Source: Vulcanimicrobiota bacterium (GTDB lineage Bacteria; Vulcanimicrobiota; Xenobia; Xenobiales; JADMJV01). Taken from it: a stretch of DNA of 64,000 nt. A program made the translations under genes and the position numbers. The notes below the pieces were generated by a model. The model ran no database searches. It worked only from the letters and a program-made list of their open reading frames with translations, and was not told the DNA's origin. This document shows positions 41,785-50,431 of the stretch, piece after piece; the stretch's first letter is position 1, and each line of letters opens with the position of its first letter. The stretch is taken from NCBI GenBank assembly GCA_050250895.1, contig JBFWNU010000008.1, forward strand, positions 192,001 to 256,000. Direction: 5' to 3'.

Positions 41785-43410
41785 TCAAAGCGGACGCCAC
41801 AGCAGCAGGCGAGTCCTCTGCTGTGGCGCCAGCACGCGACTGGGAGCGAACGAGGCTCTCGGTCGTTGGTCGTTGATACTGGCCGTCACCCAGGGAAAGC
41901 CGGTGGTGGTCGTCACCGTGGTGGTGGTGGTCGTCGTGGTGTCAAAGATGTCGCCCAGAGACCCGCCCAAAATCGCCAGGACCTGGTCCCATTTGCTGCT
42001 ATCCACGGCCGGAGTGGTTGCTGGTGAGGCGATGGTGGCCGGGCTCGCGGGGGTCGTGGCCACGGCCGATTTGGCGCGCAAGGCAGGATCCAGAGACGCG
42101 AGGGTCGGCCCGGTGGTGGTGGTGGTAGTCGTGGTGACCGTCGTCGAATCCACCTCGAGAGGAATCTCGATCTCGGCCAGGTCTTCCCGCAAAATCACGT
42201 TGGTCCGGTCGAGGCGCAGGCTCTGACCTTCGCCGGCCTGGACGAGCGTGCCCAGGACCGTGAGATCGGAGGCCTCGAGACCCCCTTCAGAGTAGACCAT
42301 GCCCAGAAAGTAGGAAGCGTTTTGACCGTCGCCGTGCAAGGTCAATTTGCCCCCGGAAAGGGCAGCCATGCGATTGTCGGTGTCGAGCGCCGCCCCGCCT
42401 TCGATAGTCAGGTCGCCGGTCACCACCAGAGCCCCGGTGCCCCGCACGCCACCTGCGATGTGAAGATCCCCGTCGACAAACAGCAGCGCTCCGTCGAGTT
42501 CCAGACCGTTACGGAAACGCAATTGGTCACCGTTGGCGCTGGCCTCCCAGCGCAAAAAGCCGGCGACGGATTCGCTGTTGTAATCGTTGCCAACCAACAC
42601 CTGCAGATCGGGCATGCCGGCGGGATCATAGTCTGAAAGGGTCAGGTGAGGGATCTTGTCGGCTGAGGCGGTGGTGAGGACCTGTCCCTGGATCTCGATG
42701 GCGGGTTGGAGAGGGTCAAAGTCCAATACTCCCAGTTCGCGAACCTCGAGGTCCCCCGCGACCCGAGTGCCTGCGTCTAGATGCACCGAGCCAGGACCGG
42801 AAGAGGTCGAGATGATATGGCTTGGCGTCAGTTGTTCGGGGTCGAGCCGATCCACCCCGGCGGCCACCTGTTCTTCCAGGGGAACTCCAGCCACCAGCAG
42901 GCCCTGGCCTCCGTGGATCGGTCCGGCCGAAGCGATTCCATAGGGAAACGGCGGCATGGCCACCACGCACTCGGCTCGGGCCGGAGTGCCTCGGTAGCGA
43001 CCCTCGGCCACCAGGTGCACGGCGCGCCGGGGAACGACCTGGTCGTTGAAACCGGGAGCCGACACGTCGCTGGCCAGGTTGTTTAACGAGTAGCCCACGC
43101 CCAGGCGGCCGGCTTCATCTCGATCGAAGCAAACGTGGGCGACGGTGTCGTCGGCAGCGCCCTCAGGGCGGTACTCGACCTTGGCCCCGGCGGTGTCGCC
43201 CTGGCCAAACTGACCGTCACTGGCCAGCACCTTCTCGAGGGCCAGCGCCAGGGCTGAATCGACCAGTTCTTGCGCCTGGTCGTGCCGGCTGGCCTGCCCC
43301 GTGAGCTGCAGGTGCGAGACGCTCAGACTGCTCACCGTAAAGCCCAGCACAATCAACAACAATAGGACCAGGAGGGTGGTGCCCAGGGTCAGACCCGAGT
43401 TCTTGCGCAT
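41785..43410 (-). CDS. PilX/GspK-like minor pilin with C-terminal beta-helix-like and Thr-rich regions
   Basis: MRKNSG|LTLGTTLLVLLLL; GDL.I.G repeats; poly-Thr tracts. Confidence 0.7.
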   Translation of the reverse strand: MRKNSGLTLGTTLLVLLLLIVLGFTVSSLSVSHLQLTGQASRHDQAQELVDSALALALEKVLASDGQFGQGDTAGAKVEYRPEGAADDTVAHVCFDRDEAGRLGVGYSLNNLASDVSAPGFNDQVVPRRAVHLVAEGRYRGTPARAECVVAMPPFPYGIASAGPIHGGQGLLVAGVPLEEQVAAGVDRLDPEQLTPSHIISTSSGPGSVHLDAGTRVAGDLEVRELGVLDFDPLQPAIEIQGQVLTTASADKIPHLTLSDYDPAGMPDLQVLVGNDYNSESVAGFLRWEASANGDQLRFRNGLELDGALLFVDGDLHIAGGVRGTGALVVTGDLTIEGGAALDTDNRMAALSGGKLTLHGDGQNASYFLGMVYSEGGLEASDLTVLGTLVQAGEGQSLRLDRTNVILREDLAEIEIPLEVDSTTVTTTTTTTTGPTLASLDPALRAKSAVATTPASPATIASPATTPAVDSSKWDQVLAILGGSLGDIFDTTTTTTTTVTTTTGFPWVTASINDQRPRASFAPSRVLAPQQRTRLLLWRPL

Positions 43411-43439
43411 CCTTACATTGTAGCCTGAGTCAGGTCGAC

Positions 43440-44498
43440 TCACAATGTCTGCAGGGCCGAAACCATGGGTAGCAGGGTTCCCACCGCCACGATGCCCACG
43501 CCCACACCCAGAATCGCCAGGGCGATCGGCTCGAGCAAGGCCCCGGCCCGCTCGAACCAGTGCTCGAGATCGAGTTCGAGCAACCGATTGGTCTTGCGCA
43601 ACAGGGTGGGCAGACTGCCCGCCTGCTCTCCGATGGCCACGGCGGCGATGAAGAGCGGAGTGAAGAACACCAGTCGATCCAGCGAAGCCGCCAGCGTCTC
43701 GCCCTCACTCAGGGCTCTTTCGCAGCTGGTGATACAACTCTCGAAGACGGGATTGCCGGTAGCCTCGGCGCATGGTTTCAGGGCCGTGTTGAGGGCCACT
43801 CCCGCGCGCACCATCAGCTCGAGAGCCCAGCAAAAGCGCACGGTGGCTACCGTTCTCAGGGTCTTGCCGACGACCGGCACTTGCAGTAACTGGTCGGCGA
43901 TGGCCAGGCGTACCTCGTGGCGGCCCAGATAGCCGGGCAGCCAGTAACTGGCGCCGGCCAGGACCACCGCGCTCGCTACCAGCAGATACGGATTGCGCAG
44001 GGCCGACGACAGCAGCAAGAGGCCGCTGGCGATGGGGTTGAGATCGGCCGGGTCGAGCAAGGGACCCAGATTGGCGAACAGTAGGGGAGGGAGCACGAAG
44101 ATCAGGGCCAGGCACAAAACCATGACGAAGGCCGGATAGACCAGGGCTTTGCGGGTTCGCATCGAGAGTTGCTGACTGCGCTCCTCGTGCTCGGCCAACA
44201 TCTCGAGCACCAGCGGAAAGCTGCCGGTTCTTTCACCCACCCGTAGCAAAGCCACGTGAATGGGGCTGAAGAATTCGGTGTGCGCGGCCAGGGCGTTGCT
44301 CAGCGAGTGACCGGCCAACAACCGGGTCTCGGCGGCGCGACAGACTTCGGCCATGGTCTCGCTGTCGGACTGTTCGGCCAGCAATCCGAGCGAGAGATGC
44401 AGTGGCACGCCAGCGTGGAAGAGGGTGGCCAGACAGCGAAAGAACTGCGTTCTGGCCGCCGATGTCTGGCTGTCTAGCAAGCCTCGCAACAGTTCCAC
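43440..44498 (-). CDS. Type II secretion system F / PilC family platform protein (second paralogue)
   Basis: LATLFHAGVPL, VGERTGSF, ALVYP, IGEQAGSL, LLEPI. Confidence 0.9.
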   Translation of the reverse strand: MELLRGLLDSQTSAARTQFFRCLATLFHAGVPLHLSLGLLAEQSDSETMAEVCRAAETRLLAGHSLSNALAAHTEFFSPIHVALLRVGERTGSFPLVLEMLAEHEERSQQLSMRTRKALVYPAFVMVLCLALIFVLPPLLFANLGPLLDPADLNPIASGLLLLSSALRNPYLLVASAVVLAGASYWLPGYLGRHEVRLAIADQLLQVPVVGKTLRTVATVRFCWALELMVRAGVALNTALKPCAEATGNPVFESCITSCERALSEGETLAASLDRLVFFTPLFIAAVAIGEQAGSLPTLLRKTNRLLELDLEHWFERAGALLEPIALAILGVGVGIVAVGTLLPMVSALQTL

Positions 44499-44520
44499 TC
44501 CGAAAGATTGTTGTACTTTC

Positions 44521-44572
44521 GCAAGATTCCTGTAACATCTTCCACCGCCGTCTATCCGCCCAGGCCTACAAT
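44521..44572 (+). promoter_or_regulatory. Shared direct-repeat promoter box plus -10 element
   Basis: GCAAGA-N5-GTAACA-tc-TTCC, then TACAAT 29 bp after the second repeat. Confidence 0.6.
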
Positions 44573-44601
44573 GAAGGTAGTTCAGGAGAGGATTCGCACC
44601 G

Positions 44602-44985
44602 ATGAAGAAACGAGGAATCGCACTGGTAGTGGCCCTGATGATCGGGACCGTCCTGACGGCCGGCGCCCTGACGCTGGGGGTCATGGCCCACCGGGGTCTT
44701 GGTCAGGTCGGCCACGCCGAGCAGCAGAAGGTCGAATACTTCGCGGCACTGGCGGGACTGCATTCCGCCATGGCCCAGTTGCGCTCGCAGCCGACTTTTC
44801 CCGGCCCGATTCTGGGCACCACCAGCGGGGGGCAGAGCTATGAGGTCAGCCTGGTCAACAACCTGAGCGGTTCCGCCCCCATCACGGCCCCCGACGGCAC
44901 CGAGGTCCCGGCGGGTGGGATCTATCTGGTCTCGGTGGCCGGCTCCCAGCAACTTTCAGGTCTGGCCCTTTCGGTCGCGGAGTAG
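44602..44985 (+). CDS. Small PilX-like prepilin-type protein
   Basis: AGGAG RBS; MKKRG|IALVVAL; EYFAALAGL. Confidence 0.75.
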   Translation: MKKRGIALVVALMIGTVLTAGALTLGVMAHRGLGQVGHAEQQKVEYFAALAGLHSAMAQLRSQPTFPGPILGTTSGGQSYEVSLVNNLSGSAPITAPDGTEVPAGGIYLVSVAGSQQLSGLALSVAE

Positions 44986-44995
44986 GAGCAAAAGC

Positions 44996-45367
44996 ATGGA
45001 CGACAATCGACGCCGAGCGCCCCGAGTGCGCAACACCATCGAAGTAGACTTTTACGGTGACGACCTTCGCCCCCACAAAGCCCGCACCATCAATGTCGGG
45101 CTGCGGGGCATGCGCATGGTCTGCGCCGGACCCACCCCGGGCCGCCACCTACAGGTGGCCCTCAACCTGCCCACCGGGCGAGTCACCGGCCTGGCCGACG
45201 CCGTGTGGCAAGAAACTCTTGACGGCGACTCGACGGTGGTTGGTCTTCGCTTCGTCTCGATGCAGGGCAACGACTGTCGGCGCTGGCACGACTTCTGCGG
45301 ACGCGAAGCCCAGAAACAGGCCCGGCGGGTCTTGCCCACCAGCATCCCCCTACCGCGACCCGTTTAA
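44996..45367 (+). CDS. PilZ domain protein
   Basis: NRRRAPRV, NVGLRGMRM, VWQ...VVGLRF. Confidence 0.8.
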   Translation: MDDNRRRAPRVRNTIEVDFYGDDLRPHKARTINVGLRGMRMVCAGPTPGRHLQVALNLPTGRVTGLADAVWQETLDGDSTVVGLRFVSMQGNDCRRWHDFCGREAQKQARRVLPTSIPLPRPV

Positions 45368-45400
45368 CGCTCTTGTGACGCCGGGGCGGTAAAGTTTCCT

Positions 45401-45460
45401 CAGTGAGATGAGCATTGGTTGGACCTAACGCCCCGGCGAAAGCCGGGGCTTTTTCTTTTT
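45401..45460 (+). ncRNA. Candidate small RNA 1 (ends GGACCUAAC + intrinsic terminator)
   Basis: TAAAGT -10-like element at 45390; GCCCCGGC-GAAA-GCCGGGGC-TTTTT terminator; 38 nt identical to 45656-45693. Confidence 0.45.
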
Positions 45461-45622
45461 CTACCGAGGTTTCCGGACCTCCTCGTGCCCACTGCGAAAC
45501 ACTATAGGCCTCGCTTCTTGCCTGTTCAGGAAATGCGATCCCTCACTCGACGGCCGGCCCTGGCGGGCCGCCAAAATGGACCTTGAGCGCGAAGCTCACC
45601 AACCAAATCCTAGCGTATCCGC

Positions 45623-45693
45623 CGAAGTGAGAGGTCGCCTAAAGAACATACCATAGGACCTAACGCCCCGGCGAAAGCCGGGGCTTTTTCTTT
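45623..45693 (+). ncRNA. Candidate small RNA 2, paralogue of sRNA 1
   Basis: Shares 5' AGTGAGA and an identical 38-nt 3' end; no credible ORF ends upstream of this terminator. Confidence 0.5.
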
Positions 45694-45886
45694 GAATGCC
45701 AGGCCTAACGCTCGGCAACGGGGCACCGCTGCCGGAACCGCCCTATGTAGGTGGGCGGCGGGGGCACGCTGCTCGGGTGGTAGTTAACTCGCTGCCGGGG
45801 TGGTATCCCGGCTTGGGCTCGCCTACGGTGGTGCGGGGCGACTCCCGCGGCTACCCCGATGCCCGTGCGAGCCGACAGCCGCCAAC

Positions 45887-45914
45887 AGAAAAGAGGGCGT
45901 CTTGCGACGCCCTC
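45887..45914 (-). terminator. Intrinsic terminator of the 45941-46342 gene
   Basis: GAGGGCGTC-GCAA-GACGCCCTC-TTTTCT on the minus strand. Confidence 0.8.
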
Positions 45915-45940
45915 GGCTGAATCACTTTTGACTTCAGGCC

Positions 45941-46342
45941 TTAATCTAGGGCTTCGCGGCTGAAGTTGAAATGAACCTCGTCGTTTCCGTAGCAACGCTC
46001 CAGAGTGGCACACTCTCGCACGCGGCCTTCTTCGAAGTCGCGCACGAACAGGTAACGCTCCGCCTGACCGTTACGCTCATAGTGCCATTGCTGGACTACG
46101 GTCACACCGTTGCACTGACTGGTCTCTTGAAGTTTTAGCGCTCCGACCCGGTCGAAGAAGCGCTGGGCCGACTGGTGCTCGTGATAAGAGAGCCTGGCTG
46201 AGGCCACCGAGTTGCGGTAGCGATTCAGGGGTTGATTGTGCACGACTTTGACGCCCGGCAACACCGAGTTGGCGTTGGGCGAGGTGTGCACCGAGTAGGC
46301 CACATTCTCGAACTCTTCAATCAAGGCACCCGCATTCTTCAT
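45941..46342 (-). CDS. Hypothetical protein
   Basis: AAGGGAG RBS, own promoter box and terminator. Confidence 0.7.
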   Translation of the reverse strand: MKNAGALIEEFENVAYSVHTSPNANSVLPGVKVVHNQPLNRYRNSVASARLSYHEHQSAQRFFDRVGALKLQETSQCNGVTVVQQWHYERNGQAERYLFVRDFEEGRVRECATLERCYGNDEVHFNFSREALD

Positions 46343-46392
46343 TGCTCACTACTCCCTTTTCCGAGTCGGTTGCTCCGACTTCATCTAACCAG

Positions 46393-46456
46393 AGAATAGT
46401 TCGAACGGGGTGAGAACGAGACGGAAATCATTAACGCCGCGTTGCCGTGGTGTTAC
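46393..46456 (-). promoter_or_regulatory. Shared direct-repeat promoter box plus -10 element
   Basis: Minus strand GTAACA-N5-GCAACG-N5-TTAATG-at-TTCC, then TATTCT 30 bp after the last repeat. Confidence 0.6.
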
Positions 46457-46501
46457 AGATTTGCGCTGGATCTCGTCGCCAGCAGGCGCGGGTCATGGTG
46501 G

Positions 46502-46891
46502 TCACTTCATGGGCCGAAAGGTGGCGGGCACGGCCATCATCCAGCCCATCTCCGAGGTCTCGTCGGCGTCGGCAGCACCTCGCGACCCGAGGTAGCTCCA
46601 GTAGGTTACGCGGCCGGGCGAGTGCACTTCGGCAGTCCGGGCGTGAGGGTTGATGAAGACTCGGTAGAGGGTCGGGTCGCCATAGAGTTGATACGCCCCC
46701 TCATAGCCGTAGCGGGTCCACCACCAGCGGCCGCCCCCGGCCGAGCCATCCACCCGCAAGATGGTCATGGCGCCATTTTCCTGAAAGCGGAAGATGTTGC
46801 CGGAGGACGAGCGCCAGACGTTGGCCTGGGCGGGAGAGGCGATCACGAGGAGCGCCAGGACGGCTAGTAGCAGCAGGATGTTCTTCTTCAT
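46502..46891 (-). CDS. Small secreted hypothetical protein
   Basis: Signal peptide MKKNILLLLAVLALLVIASPAQA; aromatic-rich beta domain. Confidence 0.7.
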   Translation of the reverse strand: MKKNILLLLAVLALLVIASPAQANVWRSSSGNIFRFQENGAMTILRVDGSAGGGRWWWTRYGYEGAYQLYGDPTLYRVFINPHARTAEVHSPGRVTYWSYLGSRGAADADETSEMGWMMAVPATFRPMK

Positions 46892-47017
46892 GGACTGACG
46901 ATACCCCGTGGGTGCGCCGACCTCCTATCGATTCTGACAAGAGGTCGTTCTAGCTCGATGGACGGGCCGCGTGACGATCGTTACGGACCTTGCGGCCCCC
47001 GGGGTGTAGACTGAACA

Positions 47018-47074
47018 GGCTTAAGATAGCCGACACAGAGTGACCCCTTCCGCGCGGTAGGGGTCGTTTTTTTT
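47018..47074 (+). ncRNA. Candidate small RNA 3 behind a CRP/FNR-type promoter
   Basis: CGTGA-N6-TTACG (46970-46985), 21 bp, TAGACT; GGCT/AGCC hairpin; TGACCCCT...AGGGGTCG-T8 terminator. Confidence 0.5.
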
Positions 47075-47110
47075 GGGGGAGGGGGAGAGCGGGATGGGGA
47101 AGCCGGTGGT

Positions 47111-47548
47111 ATGGGTTACGACATCAGCTTGAGGAAGTTTTCGCCTGACGGAGACGAGTTGCTCATCAGTCTCGAAGAGTGGCGCGCGGCCGTGGAACAA
47201 ACCGAGGGAGTTCGCCTTGTCGAGGGTGATTGGGAGGCCCGTCACCCGGAGAGCGGCGTCGGCTTCGAGCCCACCATCATGCGGGGCGAGGTCGTTCGTC
47301 GAGGCAGGTTCTCGTCCGGGCGCCTAACAGAGTTGGAGAGCTTGACCCGAGTAGCGCGGCTCGAACTCAGTATCGATGAGCATCCGGAGCCGAGTTTCTC
47401 AGTGCTTTCACTCCACGCTCGCGAGATGCAGGCAGTCTATTGGAATTGCCCCGCCGGCTTCCCTCCCCTGGAGACTTTGCACGAACTCTCGGGGGTATCG
47501 GGATTTTGCTGTGGTTATGCGGCTTCGCAGGAGGACGGGACTGGATGA
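47111..47548 (+). CDS. Hypothetical protein, possibly a chimeric remnant
   Basis: N-terminus MGYDISLR...ISLEEWRAAVE resembles small immunity-type proteins; the C-terminal half has weaker coding character. Confidence 0.35.
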   Translation: MGYDISLRKFSPDGDELLISLEEWRAAVEQTEGVRLVEGDWEARHPESGVGFEPTIMRGEVVRRGRFSSGRLTELESLTRVARLELSIDEHPEPSFSVLSLHAREMQAVYWNCPAGFPPLETLHELSGVSGFCCGYAASQEDGTG

Positions 47549-48056
47549 ACCTCGACTCGCTCGCTGGGCGTTTGAGCTAACTTCAGTCGAGGGCCACTAG
47601 CCAGAGTTGGCCTGGGCTCAGACGGACTTCCAGCTGGAAGTACTCGCTCGCCACCCGGCGGCGCTCGCCTCAAGCGATCACCACTCCAGAGAACGATCCG
47701 AGGGGCCGGAGTCCTGAAGAAATAGGGCTCAAGCAATCGAGCTGCCACCCTGGCGCCCTGGCAACGACCCACCAAGCAAGCCGCCCCTCGAGGCGCCGAG
47801 GAGAGCGAAGCGGGCTTTCGCTCCTGATTCGGACCTCGGCTACAGCGGTCGCCCGAGCTGAACCTGGTGTCTCGCGCCGGTCCCCCCGGGATTTTCTGAA
47901 AAAAACCTTCCATTCGCTCACCACGCGGGCCAGGCGATAGGCTCGGGGCGTCCATAGACAGTCTTGGATCTCTGTAACAAACCGGTTGAGTTCTCACACC
48001 TCTAGCACACTTGCCATCGCTATGGTGCCCTCAGAGTTGTGTGAAGGAGTAGACGC

Positions 48057-49328
48057 ATGGCAATTTCAGCAGACAAATCGGTCAAGGCAGTTCCCGAGAG
48101 GCCCCGGGCGACTCCGCCGGTTCATCCGCCCCAGCCGGAGGGCAACAAAGAGCAGCAGGTCGCGCCGCCCGCCCCGGCCGACAAAGTGGAGCTTAGCCCC
48201 GAGGCCTTCGAGTCGGAAGAGGATTCTGGAGCCGCTTCCGCCGTCAATAACTTATCCCAGAATTTCACTCAGGGTCAGCAAGGCTACCTGGCTGAAGACA
48301 AAGACGAGAACGCCACCGTGGCCGTCTTTGACAACTTCGGACCCACGCCGTCTGGTGCCCCCGCTCACGGCGAGCTGACCGAGGGCGTTATCGCCGAAGT
48401 CGGCGGCTACGGCGAGGAAGATATCCAGCGCTATGAAGTCGGCAGTGGCGACATGAGCCAATCTTTCGAGCAGGCGGTGGCTGACGGCGATGAGGGCGCG
48501 CTGCAGACTCTGGTTGAGGACGCCACCACCGGATTGCTCGACAACACGACCGGCGCCATCCAAGAGATACTCGACGACGAGAACTCGCAAATCTCTACCA
48601 TCAGCCAATCCCAAAGCGTATCACCGGCCCAAGTTACCCAGGCACTCCTGGAGCGGGCAGTGCCTTCAGAGCCCAAGCCAGGGCAACCCGGGCGCGAACC
48701 CGACCTCGAATTTCGCTCGACCCTGGCCCAGTCGCTTGGCCTGCCCGAGGACATCAGCGACCAGAAACTCAGCCAGGCGCTGGCCGATGAGGTCGACAAC
48801 ATTTTCGAGAATTCGGACGCCATCGCCGATTCGAAACAGCGCTATGACGAGGTCTCTGGGCAAGCGGCCGAGGCCGGCATCAGCCATGTGCTGTCCTCAG
48901 GCAATCGGGGCAGCTTTGCGGACACCCTGGAGAGCCGCGGCGTCGAGACCAATGATGGCTTCTATACCAGCGTTCTGGCTAACGACAACACCACCGTGGT
49001 CGGAGCCACCGACGACCACGGCACCCCCACTCTGGCAGACGATACCGGCTTTGAAGGCAATTCTCCCGGGGCCGGGGCGGAAGTCTCGGCTCCCGGAACC
49101 AACCGTGAGATGACTACCCTGGACGGCCGAACCCACAGCTCCAGCGGCACCTCCTATTCGGCGCCCGAGGTGGCGGCTATTACCGCCCAACTTCAGGCTG
49201 CCCACCCCGAACTCACCCCTCAGCAGATCGAAGACCTGCTGGTGGCCACCGCCGCCCCGGTGAATGCCCCCGCCGAAGATGTCGGCGCAGGCGCGGTGCA
49301 AAGAGACGAGGCCATGGTGGCCGCTTGA
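48057..49328 (+). CDS. S8 (subtilisin-like) serine peptidase
   Basis: Catalytic triad motifs VAVFD, AHG, SGTSYSAPEVA; SSGN oxyanion residue; VSAPG. Confidence 0.88.
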   Translation: MAISADKSVKAVPERPRATPPVHPPQPEGNKEQQVAPPAPADKVELSPEAFESEEDSGAASAVNNLSQNFTQGQQGYLAEDKDENATVAVFDNFGPTPSGAPAHGELTEGVIAEVGGYGEEDIQRYEVGSGDMSQSFEQAVADGDEGALQTLVEDATTGLLDNTTGAIQEILDDENSQISTISQSQSVSPAQVTQALLERAVPSEPKPGQPGREPDLEFRSTLAQSLGLPEDISDQKLSQALADEVDNIFENSDAIADSKQRYDEVSGQAAEAGISHVLSSGNRGSFADTLESRGVETNDGFYTSVLANDNTTVVGATDDHGTPTLADDTGFEGNSPGAGAEVSAPGTNREMTTLDGRTHSSSGTSYSAPEVAAITAQLQAAHPELTPQQIEDLLVATAAPVNAPAEDVGAGAVQRDEAMVAA

Positions 49329-49348
49329 ACTCGCTCGTTTACTGTTGC

Positions 49349-49370
49349 TCTCCACGGGCGGAATCGAACC
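49349..49370 (-). repeat. 22-bp relic att site (T-loop to acceptor end of tRNA-Arg)
   Basis: TCTCCACGGGCGGAATCGAACC is identical to 50435-50456. Confidence 0.85.
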
Positions 49371-49558
49371 AAATCCTTTCATTACAGGCATTCCCGTGTG
49401 TCTTCGTAGCATTCGAATCGCTTAGAATCAAGTTGAATCGCCCTACTGATCCCTCATTGGTCCCCCGTATGGTTGCCCGCCCGCTGGGGGGTAGGACAGA
49501 TCCTGACAGCGGAGCTTGGTAGACTCTCTCCGAAGAACACACCTTTTGGGAGGTCTAC

Positions 49559-50278
49559 ATGCGAAAACTGCTCTGCTTCATCGCCCTGCTGTTCGTGGCT
49601 ACCGCGGCTGCCGACGAATGGCGACCCGCCGACAAGTTCACCTGGCCCACCGCGACGGCCAGGATCGTCCTGCGAGGCCGAGACATCACCTGTGTTTGGC
49701 GGAACGGCCGGCCTTTTGCTCGGCGTGAGGAGATCGCCGGCGCCCTGAAGCTGCCAGCCGAGGGCGCGCCTTACGTCGACCTGGTGGCCATCACCACCCA
49801 GCTGGGTTATCGAGTGCGCCACCTCGACGGGGGCGGAGTGGAGGTCTCAGCCCCGGTGGCCGGCCCGGCGGCGGTCAACTCGAGCGAGGCCCGGGCCAGG
49901 AACGAGCAGTTCCTTCAGGACGAAGCAGCCCGTCAGAAGGCCCTGAGGGAGTATTTGGCCACCCTACCCGTCCTCGAGGCCAGCGCTGCCAAATTTGTGG
50001 CCGAGACAGGCTTTGTGCGCGCCTACGTGCGCATCACCAACGTTGGGGCCGGCACCAGCCCGGCCACGGCCGCCCGGGCACTCTTCACCGACTATATGGA
50101 GAAGCCGTTCGCCCAGGACGACAAGGCCGTGCCACCGCTGGCCCCGGGTCAGTCGGTCGACCTCGAGTTCTTCTCGATGGTGCGCGATGACCAGATGACC
50201 GCCGGTGGAGTTATCCGCGGGGCGGGCAGCGACCGGGTTCGGGTGATCATCGCGCAACCCTGGCTGCCGTCGAAGTAG
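49559..50278 (+). CDS. Secreted protein with C-terminal CARDB/Ig-like domain
   Basis: GGAGG RBS; signal peptide; VRITNVG...VPPLAPGQSVDL. Confidence 0.7.
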   Translation: MRKLLCFIALLFVATAAADEWRPADKFTWPTATARIVLRGRDITCVWRNGRPFARREEIAGALKLPAEGAPYVDLVAITTQLGYRVRHLDGGGVEVSAPVAGPAAVNSSEARARNEQFLQDEAARQKALREYLATLPVLEASAAKFVAETGFVRAYVRITNVGAGTSPATAARALFTDYMEKPFAQDDKAVPPLAPGQSVDLEFFSMVRDDQMTAGGVIRGAGSDRVRVIIAQPWLPSK

Positions 50279-50401
50279 GGGTGACCCCTCGATGTTTCGA
50301 TGCTGCGAGGAGGCCATCCTCACGGGCTGCAGGATACCTCGGTGGGTGAGCTCAATCAAGAGGGCGACTGCCGGCTAAAGAAACGGTTTCGGCCACCCGC
50401 G

Positions 50402-50429
50402 AAAAAAGCCCGTCACAGCGGGCTTTTTC
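50402..50429. terminator. Bidirectional intrinsic terminator downstream of the tRNA 3' fragment
   Basis: AAAAAAGCCCG-tcacag-CGGGCTTTTT. Confidence 0.8.
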
Positions 50430-50431
50430 AT

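Noticed and set aside
45421-45693. Mini CRISPR array from the two 38-bp repeats
   Set aside because: The 197-bp separation is far longer than a spacer, the repeat is a GNRA-capped terminator with a U tract, and there are no cas genes in the window
47590-47950. Structured ncRNA or gene in the intergenic region before the subtilase
   Set aside because: Only scattered short hairpins at a level expected for this GC content; no clear promoter/terminator pair or convincing ORF
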